From: an uncultured Alphaproteobacteria bacterium
GTDB lineage: Bacteria; Pseudomonadota; Alphaproteobacteria; RF32; CAG-239
Assembly (NCBI GenBank): GCA_944392865.1
Contig: CALXYD010000004.1
Coordinates: 1-60,724, forward strand
Direction: 5' to 3'
Length of the DNA stretch: 60,724 bases
The position numbers were made by a program, and so were the translations under genes. Positions 36,920 through 46,020 of this stretch are shown in pieces; the first letter of the stretch is position 1; each line of letters begins with the position of its first letter. Under the pieces are notes generated by a model. That model had not been told where the DNA came from, ran no database searches, and saw only the letters and a program-made list of their open reading frames with translations.

Positions 36920-38035
36920 ATGAAAAAGAGTTATTTATTACCGTTTTGTTTTTTATGTGTATGCGGTGTTTCCGCGTGTAGCGGCGTTTCAGGCAACAAT
37001 GAGCAAGTGGACATAATTATCCCGGAAGAGGAAGCCCCTGTCATTGACGCTACGGTTAACCCTTATAACCGGTGTGGCGTTAACGGGATTAGCTGCAACG
37101 ATACAGCGTTGACCAACTACACCAAAACCGAAGCAGACTACCGGGCTTACGGAGAGAGGACTAAGCGCGACCACCTGTATACGACTTCCGGAGCGGGGAA
37201 TAACCTTACGGCAACCATACAGCCCGGCCTTGAAGACGATGTTGTTGTTCCAAAGGTTGTCGTCCGTGATACCGTGAGAGCAAAGAATACCCGCAAATAT
37301 ATGGTTGATGACGGTGTGTTTAGCGAGACAGGGTCGCTGGAGCTAGAGACACAGCCCGAGGAATATGCTTTTTCGGCGCCAATTCTCCCGAAAAAAGAGG
37401 AACCTAAAGCTGAAGTGCAACCAGAGCCGCAGCCTGAGACCATCAAAAACAGCAAAGGGCAGGTTATTATACGCAAGCCGGCAACAAAACAGAATCAGAT
37501 TAAGCGCGGCGATAACGTTAAGACAGTTGAAATTCGCGAAGTCAAGGTAAATTCTGAAGATGGAGAAACATACGAAATTGTATGCGAAGAAGAATGCGAT
37601 GATATTTTAAATGATGACGTTATTACTTCGGAATTTACGGAAGAATCTTTTGATATTGCCGATTATGTTGAAGAAACCGGTGATGACGATATTGAATTTA
37701 CCGATGTCGGAAAAGAAAAGAAAATGGTTGCCGATGTATCCATTGACGAAGTTCAGATTGGCGATGACACCGTATTGACCTGGGAGGCTGAAGAAGGTGA
37801 GAATCTGCGTGAGCTTCTGACAAAGTGGAGCGCTATGTCCGGCTGGAAGTTGCTTTGGAACACGAATCGCAATTATATTTTAAGTGCCGGCGTTATGTTC
37901 AAGGGTAAATTTGCCGATGTCAGCTCTGCGCTTATCCGTGCATTTGCAAGGGCAAGGCCGGCGCCTATCGCCACTTATTATAAAGGTAACCGTGTTATAG
38001 TTGTTGAAACAATGGAGAACGAGAATGCTTACTAA
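36920..38035 (+). CDS. Lipoprotein with C-terminal TcpQ domain (PilL/TcpQ-like, type IVb pilus)
   Basis: Lipobox VSAC; C-terminal WEAEEGENLRELLTKWSAMSGWKLLWNTNRNY..F.GKF..Y.GNRVIVV matches the TcpQ pattern; precedes the secretin gene. Confidence 0.8.
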   Translation: MKKSYLLPFCFLCVCGVSACSGVSGNNEQVDIIIPEEEAPVIDATVNPYNRCGVNGISCNDTALTNYTKTEADYRAYGERTKRDHLYTTSGAGNNLTATIQPGLEDDVVVPKVVVRDTVRAKNTRKYMVDDGVFSETGSLELETQPEEYAFSAPILPKKEEPKAEVQPEPQPETIKNSKGQVIIRKPATKQNQIKRGDNVKTVEIREVKVNSEDGETYEIVCEEECDDILNDDVITSEFTEESFDIADYVEETGDDDIEFTDVGKEKKMVADVSIDEVQIGDDTVLTWEAEEGENLRELLTKWSAMSGWKLLWNTNRNYILSAGVMFKGKFADVSSALIRAFARARPAPIATYYKGNRVIVVETMENENAY

Positions 38036-39629
38036 CAACAAAATTTTAATCGGGTTTGCAGGTATTTTGTTAATGGGCGTTGCCTCGTGCTCCCTGCCAA
38101 CGGATTATGATGCCGCACTTGAGCGAGATGTGGACGCGACGATTAAGTATAAAGAAGATGCAAAAGCGCCGCAAACTGTTGCCGATACAGATGTTATTCG
38201 TATCAAAGATGATATATGGCTTGGCGATACGAGTGAAATTGAGTATGAAGGCGACAAACCTCTGCCGGGATATCTGGAGACAGCCGACGGCGTTACTTTG
38301 GTTAGCAACCGCCCGATTACGCTCTATGAAATCGGGAGCATGATAAGCCAGATAAGTTCAATTAAAATCCGCTTTGCGCCGCAATTGGAAGGTCCGGCAA
38401 AAGCGGCGGCAGATAAAAATGCGCCTACGGTTGAAAAAGTTGGGTCAAAATGGTCTGATACATCAAGGATGCTTGTTTCCTACAAAGGTTCGCTCAGCGG
38501 TTTGTTAGACGAAGTTTGTTCCCACTTCGGCGTATGGTGGAAGTATGAACACGGTGAGATTTACATTTACAAATATACAACAAAAACCTTTACGCTTTAT
38601 TCATTGCCGACAAAGCCGTCAATGACTTCGAGCGTTAGCAGCTCTTCAGGCGGCGGCAGTATTACGAGCGGTGTTTCCGGTATTGATTTGTGGGCGAATA
38701 TTATTACCGCAGTTAAGTCTATGCTAGGTTCCGGTTCCAGCCTGATTACAGATCAGATGAACGGTACGTTGACGATTACTGCAACGCCTACGGAAATAAA
38801 GAAAGTTGCAAAATTTATAAATGAGCAAAATATCCGACTGTCCAGACAAGTGGCAATCAGCGTCAAAGTTTTGCAAGTTGAAGTTGACGAATCGCGCGGG
38901 TTCGGGTTTGATTTGGATGCGGCGTTTAGAGACAGAACGGCTTCCGGCGGAAATATCACGCTCGGCGATAATAACTTTGGTCCGACAGGCTTGGTTGATG
39001 GCAACAGTGGTATGTCCATGAAAATATTGAGCGGAGATATTACGGTTAATGCAGCTATACAAGCTTTGTCCACCCAAGGCGTAACCACGTTGGTGACCAG
39101 TGGTACGGTTACAACGATGAATAATAAGCCGGCACCTATTCAGGTTGTTAAGACACAGAATTACATTTCCGAATACACCAAAACGAATAACGGTACCGTG
39201 GGCGGTGAGGCCAGTTACGATGTTACGGTTGAAACCGAAGAAATTGAGACAGGTTTTACGTTAGATGTTTTACCGCGCATTATGGATCACGGGCGTTTGA
39301 TGATGCTGTTTAGTTTGAACTTGTCAGATTTGCTTGATTTGGAAAATGTTAGTTTGGACAGCTCGGAAGAATCCGGCTATATTCAGAATCCGATTATTGA
39401 GGAACGCGGATTCTCTCAAGAAGTGGCTTTGAAGTCTGGCGAAACTCTGGTTCTTTCCGGTTATGAACGTGTTGAAACAACCAGCGATAAAGCCGGATTA
39501 GGCGAAGCAAATAACAATATCATCGGCGGTCATGAAAAAGTTGATAAGACGCGTAGTATTGTGGTTATTTTGTTAACGCCGATTGTATTAGAATCGCCTT
39601 TAATGCCGGAATCACGTATGAAATTTTAG
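38025..39629 (+). CDS. pilN: Type IVb pilus lipoprotein secretin, PilN/BfpB family
   Basis: Probable ATG at 38025, lipobox VASC, YKGSLSGLLDEV, Ser-rich spacer, RQVAISVKVLQV, TMNNKPAPIQV, GFTLDVLP, LKSGETLVLSGYE, VILLTP. Confidence 0.9.
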   Translation: MLTNNKILIGFAGILLMGVASCSLPTDYDAALERDVDATIKYKEDAKAPQTVADTDVIRIKDDIWLGDTSEIEYEGDKPLPGYLETADGVTLVSNRPITLYEIGSMISQISSIKIRFAPQLEGPAKAAADKNAPTVEKVGSKWSDTSRMLVSYKGSLSGLLDEVCSHFGVWWKYEHGEIYIYKYTTKTFTLYSLPTKPSMTSSVSSSSGGGSITSGVSGIDLWANIITAVKSMLGSGSSLITDQMNGTLTITATPTEIKKVAKFINEQNIRLSRQVAISVKVLQVEVDESRGFGFDLDAAFRDRTASGGNITLGDNNFGPTGLVDGNSGMSMKILSGDITVNAAIQALSTQGVTTLVTSGTVTTMNNKPAPIQVVKTQNYISEYTKTNNGTVGGEASYDVTVETEEIETGFTLDVLPRIMDHGRLMMLFSLNLSDLLDLENVSLDSSEESGYIQNPIIEERGFSQEVALKSGETLVLSGYERVETTSDKAGLGEANNNIIGGHEKVDKTRSIVVILLTPIVLESPLMPESRMKF

Positions 39630-39640
39630 GGGAATAAGCC

Positions 39641-40918
39641 GTGGCGGAAGATGAAGACAATACATTATTAGATGCGGATGATCCGTCAGCAGAAGGCAGT
39701 AAAGAATGGGCTTCCAGCTTTACTGTTGACGGTGTTCAGTATGCGGCAAGCATTTTTTGGGAAAGTCTGCAGAATGTCGAGGCTCCTTTTCTTGATGCGA
39801 AAGAAGCAGCGGAAAATGTATTAGTCGGCGCGGATTTGTTCTGTGTTAAGCACGGTAAATCTCCGCAGCTCGGTTTGGCTCTTTCGTCACAGGGTTTCAA
39901 GAAAGGTATGAAAGTTGCCGCCGTTGCCGCGGTTACGGCGATGAGCGATGCTTCGTCACTTCTGGCTGTCTTTAAGGTTGATGCCGGATACTGGTATTTA
40001 TGCGTCAGAAATGATGTTATCTTGTCTGACGGCGATGTTCTCTTTGTAAAAGAGGAAGACGCTCGCGAGCAATTTATGTCAATGCTTTCCGTTCCGGATT
40101 GGTCACGGAAAATTGCTCCAGAAGAGTGGGGAATTGATGAAACCGAGCAGAAGAGCCTATCAGAGGTTTTTGCGCAAGGACTTGATGTCCAGTTGGAAAA
40201 AATCAACGCTTTGCGCGGCGCGGAATTAGCCATTGTCGTTGTTTTATCAATTGCTGCCGGTGCATGGCTGGTTATGTTTATTGCCAATACCTTTTTTGCG
40301 ACAAAAACACAGGAAAATAAAGTCGTTACCCGAAGGGCGCAAAAGAAAGTTGTTAAAGAGGTTGAGAAGATTGTTCCGGCACCTTGGGAATCGATGGTTG
40401 ATACGGAGTGGCTTTTAGATAATTGCCGAGACAGAATCCAAGCGCTGGTTGCTATTTCAACTCCGGGGTGGGTGAACGGCGGCGTTACATGTTCGGCCTC
40501 CGGCGTGGTTACATCGTGGCGTCGCGAAATGGGGCGCTTGTCTTGGATTGAACTGGCATTATCTTACTCGGGAATGACCTTTACGAATAAAACGATTGAC
40601 CCCAGGGGAACATCCGTTACCGTATCTCTTCCTTTTCAATCGGTAAAGAAGGTCAATTCTATCCCGACAAAAAATATGACACAGCTTAGAAATATGATAA
40701 ATGACTTGTTTCAGACGCTTAATATGTCCATTTCTTTGACGGAAGGGCAAGTTCGCGCCGGAAAGAAAGTTTATGGTTCTTTAAATTTCAGGCTTAATTC
40801 TACATACGATCCAAATGTTTGGAAACCGATGTTAACAAAATTTTCAGGACTTAAGGTTAATAATATACGTTATAATAACGGCGTATGGAATTATGAGGGG
40901 ACAATTTATGTTCAGTAG
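39641..40918 (+). CDS. pilO: Type IVb pilus accessory protein PilO-like
   Basis: Cytoplasmic N-domain with YAASIFW and YWYLCVRNDVILSDGD, central TM, then PAPW, GW...C and W.YEGTIY; lies after pilN. Confidence 0.75.
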   Translation: MAEDEDNTLLDADDPSAEGSKEWASSFTVDGVQYAASIFWESLQNVEAPFLDAKEAAENVLVGADLFCVKHGKSPQLGLALSSQGFKKGMKVAAVAAVTAMSDASSLLAVFKVDAGYWYLCVRNDVILSDGDVLFVKEEDAREQFMSMLSVPDWSRKIAPEEWGIDETEQKSLSEVFAQGLDVQLEKINALRGAELAIVVVLSIAAGAWLVMFIANTFFATKTQENKVVTRRAQKKVVKEVEKIVPAPWESMVDTEWLLDNCRDRIQALVAISTPGWVNGGVTCSASGVVTSWRREMGRLSWIELALSYSGMTFTNKTIDPRGTSVTVSLPFQSVKKVNSIPTKNMTQLRNMINDLFQTLNMSISLTEGQVRAGKKVYGSLNFRLNSTYDPNVWKPMLTKFSGLKVNNIRYNNGVWNYEGTIYVQ

Positions 40919-42527
40919 GAAGCAAAATATATTCTTGAAATTATTTGTTTTTGCCCTGTTAGCGGCATCGATGCCTGTATATGCGGAAAATGCGCCGGTC
41001 ATATCCGTCAGCGATGCTAATTTGCCTATCAATGTCTCGGATAAAACAAATAATGCCCCTAGTACTAATAGCGGCAAACAGGCGCTTGTTTCGCCATCAA
41101 AGGCTAAAAGTGTTTCTACGAATGCCCCGAAAGCAACTGCTCCTGCCGTATCGAATCCGGCGCAAGCGGCTTCTATGATACAGAATGCGAATCTGCCAAC
41201 TTCAAATGATAATGATTTGGCAAACGCTAACACATCAATGCAATCGGTATCTGCATCAGTTCCGGCGAAAGGTTCAGCTAACGCCGGTATGCCCGTGGCG
41301 GCACCTGCGGCAGCAAAAACACAAGATCAAGGCTCAGCCCCTGCCCTTCCGGCGGCCGGAGCGTATCCTGCAGCAAATAATAATGCCGCGACAGCTGCTG
41401 ATTTTAATTTTGATTTAAAAATGAAATCTATCAATGCGCCGGCTCAACCGGCAGCTCCTCAGAAAGCCGATTCTCCTGCGTCAGCGTCTGCTTTAAATGA
41501 TGCTGATTTACCTAAGGACATTCAATATAAAGCGAATCCGGTAGAAGCTTTAGGAAACAGCGTTTTATCACAAATGGACAGCGATTTGTTCTCACAGATG
41601 TCTGAGATTGAAAAAAGTACGACTTTGCTTACCCTTGAGTTGCGTAGAGAAAAAATCCGCAATGAAATTGAGGCTCAACGTGCTATCCGTAAAAAAAATG
41701 CGGAAGATTTAGAGAGGCAGAAAGAAGAACGCAGATTGCAATCTTTAGAAAAAGAGAAGCAAATTGAAGCGCAAGTCTTAAAAGAAAAACAGGCACTATT
41801 AGATAAAGAGCAACTGTTTGAGATTTTGAAGCAACGCAAACTGTTAAATGCTTATATGAACCAAATGTTGGTTAATCAGCAAAAATGGCTTAAAGAAAAG
41901 GAAAGCCTGTATGCGCAAATTGCGGCAGTTGAAAGCGAGAAAAAAGAGCTTATAGAATTGTTTAAGCAACGTATCGGAAAAGTTTTGGACGCTTCGGCGA
42001 AAAATATTCAGGTTGCGGAAGCCGCAAAAGCGAATTTTGAACGTATTGTTAAGAATTTAAAGGCCAGAAACGAACAACTTCGTAAACGTGTTGCCGCAGA
42101 TGCGCAGATTATCAAAAATGCTAAAAACAGCTTATACCTCAAATCACAATCGATTGATGAGCTGAAGAGTAAAAATGCGGCAGTGGCAGCAATGATGGCT
42201 TCAGCAACGGCATCTGATGCAAGCGATGATGTTTTAGCTGAGGAGGATATGGCTGTGGAAGAAGAAGCACCGGCAAAGTTGAGTTCGCAATATGCTATTT
42301 TAGGCATTAGCGGCAGAGCCAATGATATGGTTGTTGAAGTTATTGATATAAACGGACAACCGTTATCGTTGAAAATAGGTTCCCCATTACCGACGGGACA
42401 TATTGTCAGTGAAATCGGTGCCGATTATGCCAAATTCAGCAGAGATGGCGAAGATGATTACTTGTATGTCGGGCGAACCATTGACGGTTATATTCCGACG
42501 CTTAAAGAGGATACGAAAAAGAAATAG
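40908..42527 (+). CDS. pilP: Elongated PilP-like protein (signal peptide, Ala/Pro linker, long coiled coil, C-terminal PilP beta domain)
   Basis: Probable ATG at 40908 (GAGGGG RBS). C-terminal ILGISGR..V.V....G....LKIGSPLPTGHIVSEI matches the type IVb PilP pattern; lies between pilO and pilQ. Confidence 0.65.
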   Translation: MFSRKQNIFLKLFVFALLAASMPVYAENAPVISVSDANLPINVSDKTNNAPSTNSGKQALVSPSKAKSVSTNAPKATAPAVSNPAQAASMIQNANLPTSNDNDLANANTSMQSVSASVPAKGSANAGMPVAAPAAAKTQDQGSAPALPAAGAYPAANNNAATAADFNFDLKMKSINAPAQPAAPQKADSPASASALNDADLPKDIQYKANPVEALGNSVLSQMDSDLFSQMSEIEKSTTLLTLELRREKIRNEIEAQRAIRKKNAEDLERQKEERRLQSLEKEKQIEAQVLKEKQALLDKEQLFEILKQRKLLNAYMNQMLVNQQKWLKEKESLYAQIAAVESEKKELIELFKQRIGKVLDASAKNIQVAEAAKANFERIVKNLKARNEQLRKRVAADAQIIKNAKNSLYLKSQSIDELKSKNAAVAAMMASATASDASDDVLAEEDMAVEEEAPAKLSSQYAILGISGRANDMVVEVIDINGQPLSLKIGSPLPTGHIVSEIGADYAKFSRDGEDDYLYVGRTIDGYIPTLKEDTKKK

Positions 42528-42551
42528 TTTTAGGAATCCGGGTAAACAGAT

Positions 42552-44210
42552 ATGGCAGAAGAGCAAAAAGATACGACAAAGCAACAGCAAAGCCCTGAAT
42601 CTAATTTTGAAGATGAAGATGGCGGCGCTTCGCAAGTTAAGAAAGTTAACTTGTTTGACCAGTTGTTTGCCAATAATAATAAATTATTGACGGTCAACGG
42701 TTCGGATTTTGCCATTTCAAATGAAACACGGCGCTTGCTGGCGTTGTTTTCCGACGGAACTTTTCTGGTATCCAAGGATAACCGTTTTGATGGTGCGGTT
42801 TATAACTTTGAAGCTAATGTCAAACGGCGGAAAATTCCGATTAAGCCGCCGAGGTTCGTTACCTTAAATGAGATTGCTGCTATTTATGCATACGCTGAAC
42901 GCGGCGCAGGTACAGTTGATGTGTCTGCCGAAGAAGCCGAAGATATGCAGATGCAAATCGACTTCATCAATATTATTCAAAGAGCCTCGCAAAAAAAAGT
43001 TTCCGACGTACACATTATCGTCGGTTCGTCTTCGACAGTTTTGTTTCGTGAAAACGGTATTATGGTTAAACAAAACGAATACGGCGGAGAGTGGGGCGAA
43101 GCGTTTGTGCGTTCGGTTTTTGCGTCAGCGGATATTTCCGACTCCAACTATTCGCAAAACGAATTTCAGGGTGCGCAAAAGCTAGGTTCTACACCGTTAC
43201 GTGGCTCTAAAGGAAAGTTGATGTTGCCGCATAACGTGTTGGCCATTCGTTTGCAATTTAACCCTATCGCGTTCGGTTCACAATATTTGGTTATGCGTCT
43301 TCTGTATGCCGATGACAACCCTGAAGGCAGCTCAGATTTGCGTTCTCTCGGGCTTGGCAAATACGAAGAAGATTTATTCTATAAAATGCGCAGTATGGCG
43401 GTCGGCTTGAACGTTGTTGCCGGACCGACGGGTTCCGGAAAATCAACAACGTTGCAAAGAAATATGATTAAACTACTGCAAGAAAAAAATTATCAGATAA
43501 ATCTGCTGACCGTGGAAGACCCGCCGGAGTATCCTATTCCAGGGGCGCGGCAGATGCCAGTTACCAATGCCAATACAGAAGAAGAAAAGAATGAACAGTT
43601 TACGAAGGCTTTGTCTGCAGCGCTCCGTTCCGACCCGGATGTTATTCTTGTTGGTGAAACGCGTTCTCTGTCTACGGCGGAATTAACTTTTAAGGGCGCA
43701 CTTTCCGGCCACGGCGTGTGGACAACATTGCACGCGAACTCAGCGCCGGCGATTGTTACCCGTTTGCGCGATATGGGTATCCAACCATATTTGCTGAATG
43801 ACCCGGAATTGGTTAAGGGACTTGTTTCTCAACGTTTGTTCCGTAAACTTTGCCCCAATTGCCGCCAGTCGATTAAGACAAAAGAAGGTTCTCCTGAATT
43901 TGAGCGCTTGCGCAATGCTTTGGGCGATTATGGTATAGATAACGTTTATGTCAGTGGCCCTGGCTGCAAAGCATGCGGTTATAAAGGCTTTAAGGGAAGA
44001 ATGGCTGTTGATGAGATTATTTTGCCGGATTCACACTTTTTGAAACTGATGATTGATAATGAAACGGCTAAAGCTATTGACTATTGGGTCAGCGAACTTA
44101 ACGGCCGTCCGTTAAAAGATGCCGCGATTGAGCGTATGATTAAAGGGCAAATTGATATGGACGAAGTTGAGCGTTGGTGCGGATTGATTGACCAGCGTCC
44201 GGTATACTAA
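42552..44210 (+). CDS. pilQ: Type IVb pilus assembly ATPase, PilQ/GspE family
   Basis: SDVHI, Walker A GPTGSGKST, EDPPE, ALRSDPDVILVGETR, TTLHAN, and the Zn tetracysteine CPNC...CKAC. Confidence 0.9.
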   Translation: MAEEQKDTTKQQQSPESNFEDEDGGASQVKKVNLFDQLFANNNKLLTVNGSDFAISNETRRLLALFSDGTFLVSKDNRFDGAVYNFEANVKRRKIPIKPPRFVTLNEIAAIYAYAERGAGTVDVSAEEAEDMQMQIDFINIIQRASQKKVSDVHIIVGSSSTVLFRENGIMVKQNEYGGEWGEAFVRSVFASADISDSNYSQNEFQGAQKLGSTPLRGSKGKLMLPHNVLAIRLQFNPIAFGSQYLVMRLLYADDNPEGSSDLRSLGLGKYEEDLFYKMRSMAVGLNVVAGPTGSGKSTTLQRNMIKLLQEKNYQINLLTVEDPPEYPIPGARQMPVTNANTEEEKNEQFTKALSAALRSDPDVILVGETRSLSTAELTFKGALSGHGVWTTLHANSAPAIVTRLRDMGIQPYLLNDPELVKGLVSQRLFRKLCPNCRQSIKTKEGSPEFERLRNALGDYGIDNVYVSGPGCKACGYKGFKGRMAVDEIILPDSHFLKLMIDNETAKAIDYWVSELNGRPLKDAAIERMIKGQIDMDEVERWCGLIDQRPVY

Positions 44211-44223
44211 GAGGTAATTGTAT

Positions 44224-45342
44224 ATGAAAAAAGATGAAGCAAATAACGGCTCTTTTAATAAAGCGATGAAGTCTCTAAATTCTTTAGAGGTTTCTTTTGC
44301 CCAGTTCAGAGTTGGAATGGCAGGCAAGGCTCGTCTTAAGGTATACAAAAAGCTCGCATCGCTTTTGCGAAACAGGTTTTCGTTAATGAACGCGCTGGAT
44401 ATTATGTATGACAGTATTACGGATAACGGCAAACATCCCGGCGAACCGATGGCTATTGCAATAGCTTCTTGGGGTAAATCCCTCCAAAACGGTTATGCTT
44501 TTTCCGACGCACTCAAAGGCTGGGCTCCGAGCCGTGAGCGTTTGATGCTTTCCGTTGGCGATATGTCGGACTTGGAAAGCGCGTTGCTAAATTTGATTAA
44601 AGTTGCTGAGGGAACGGAACGTATGCTGAAGCCGATTATCGGTGCGATTGCTTATCCTTCTTTTCTGCTGTTGATGTCGGTGTTAATTATTTATGCTATC
44701 GGTGCATATATGGTGCCGCCGATGATTGATGCGGCGCCCGGTGCGCGTTGGACTGGTACGGCAAAGGATTTGGTTGCGGTTTCTTCTTGGATTCAAAAGA
44801 ATTGGTTGTTGGCCTTTTCTTTCTTTCCAGCATTATTTCTTCTGATTTATGCTACTATCGGCGTTTGGACGGGGCCGACCAGAAAAGCCATTGACGATTG
44901 CCCGCCGTGGTCGCTTTATAAGATGTTTATGGGCATTACCTGGTTGCTTTCTTTGTCTGCGCTTATCAAAGGCGGGGTGCCGATTTCTGTTGCATTGACT
45001 TCATTACGCAAGGACTCGAACCGTTACCTGCGTGAACGTATTGACAGAGCTATGGATTTTATTAAGAACGGTGACAACCTCGGGCAGGCATTATCAAAAT
45101 CCAAGCTTAACTTTCCGGATAAAGAAATTGTTGCCGACTTGCGTATTTATGCTGAATTGGATAATTTTGAAGAGGCTTTGGACAGGCTGGCAAATGACTG
45201 GCTTGATGAATCGGCGGAAGCGGTTGAGCAGAAAGCGTCTATTTTAAATATGGTCGCGATGTTCGCTATTTCCGGTATTATTGCCTGGGCGGTTTTTGGC
45301 GTGTTTGAAATGCAAGACCAAATTACCAGCGCGATGGGGTAA
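44224..45342 (+). CDS. pilR: Type IVb pilus inner-membrane platform protein, PilR/GspF family
   Basis: Two GspF-like domains (LQNGYAFSDAL, IKNGDNLGQAL), AIAYP before a TM, three TMs in total; probable ATG at 44224. Confidence 0.88.
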   Translation: MKKDEANNGSFNKAMKSLNSLEVSFAQFRVGMAGKARLKVYKKLASLLRNRFSLMNALDIMYDSITDNGKHPGEPMAIAIASWGKSLQNGYAFSDALKGWAPSRERLMLSVGDMSDLESALLNLIKVAEGTERMLKPIIGAIAYPSFLLLMSVLIIYAIGAYMVPPMIDAAPGARWTGTAKDLVAVSSWIQKNWLLAFSFFPALFLLIYATIGVWTGPTRKAIDDCPPWSLYKMFMGITWLLSLSALIKGGVPISVALTSLRKDSNRYLRERIDRAMDFIKNGDNLGQALSKSKLNFPDKEIVADLRIYAELDNFEEALDRLANDWLDESAEAVEQKASILNMVAMFAISGIIAWAVFGVFEMQDQITSAMG

Positions 45343-45349
45343 TGTGACG

Positions 45350-46018
45350 ATGCTTTTTGATTATCCGCCATTGAAACGTATCTTTAACAAATCGGTTGCG
45401 TTTTGCGGTTCTGTAAAAATTACCGTTTGTCGTTATTATGACAAGCGTGAAGAGTATCTTTCCCGGCTCAAAGAATTTGTTGTAAATAAAAAAGAGTTAA
45501 TCCTAAAAGCCGGACTTCCCTTTTTGATTATTATTTTCGGCATTTACACCTGCTCCTCTTCACAAAAGGATATTACCCGCAATATTTCCGATATTTTTAC
45601 AATTGCCGAAGATATGCGCTCTTATTATGCCGATAAACCGGATTACTGGGGCTTGTCCACGGAATCGGTTTTGAAAAACAGGATTGTGCAAGGACGTTTT
45701 ATAAAGGGGAATAAGCTTGTTTTATCCGGCGGTTTAAATATTCTTGTCGGGCAAGGTCTCACGGCGGAAACGGTTATGCCCCGTTCTCAAACATTTGATA
45801 TTGTTGCGCCGGCTCTAACGAAAGCACAATGTATATCATACGCTGAATATCCTCTAACAAAAGAGCAATTGGTAAATATTGAACAAATAATTATTGGTAA
45901 TGACAGCCGCGAGATCAGCTTTACTTGGGGCGGCGAATATTCACTTCCGGTACAAACATATAAAACTAAAGATATTTGTGCAGAAGGAAAAAATACCGTA
46001 ATATGGACGTTAAAATAA
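45350..46018 (+). CDS. PilS-like type IVb pilin-fold protein with atypical leader
   Basis: Hydrophobic helix then YWGLS, GG..I.V, F.I....L.KAQC and C-terminal C..GKN, the two-Cys pattern of PilS-like pilins; follows pilR. No clear Gly(-1)/Glu(+5) site and the start is uncertain. Confidence 0.6.
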   Translation: MLFDYPPLKRIFNKSVAFCGSVKITVCRYYDKREEYLSRLKEFVVNKKELILKAGLPFLIIIFGIYTCSSSQKDITRNISDIFTIAEDMRSYYADKPDYWGLSTESVLKNRIVQGRFIKGNKLVLSGGLNILVGQGLTAETVMPRSQTFDIVAPALTKAQCISYAEYPLTKEQLVNIEQIIIGNDSREISFTWGGEYSLPVQTYKTKDICAEGKNTVIWTLK

Positions 46019-46020
46019 AT

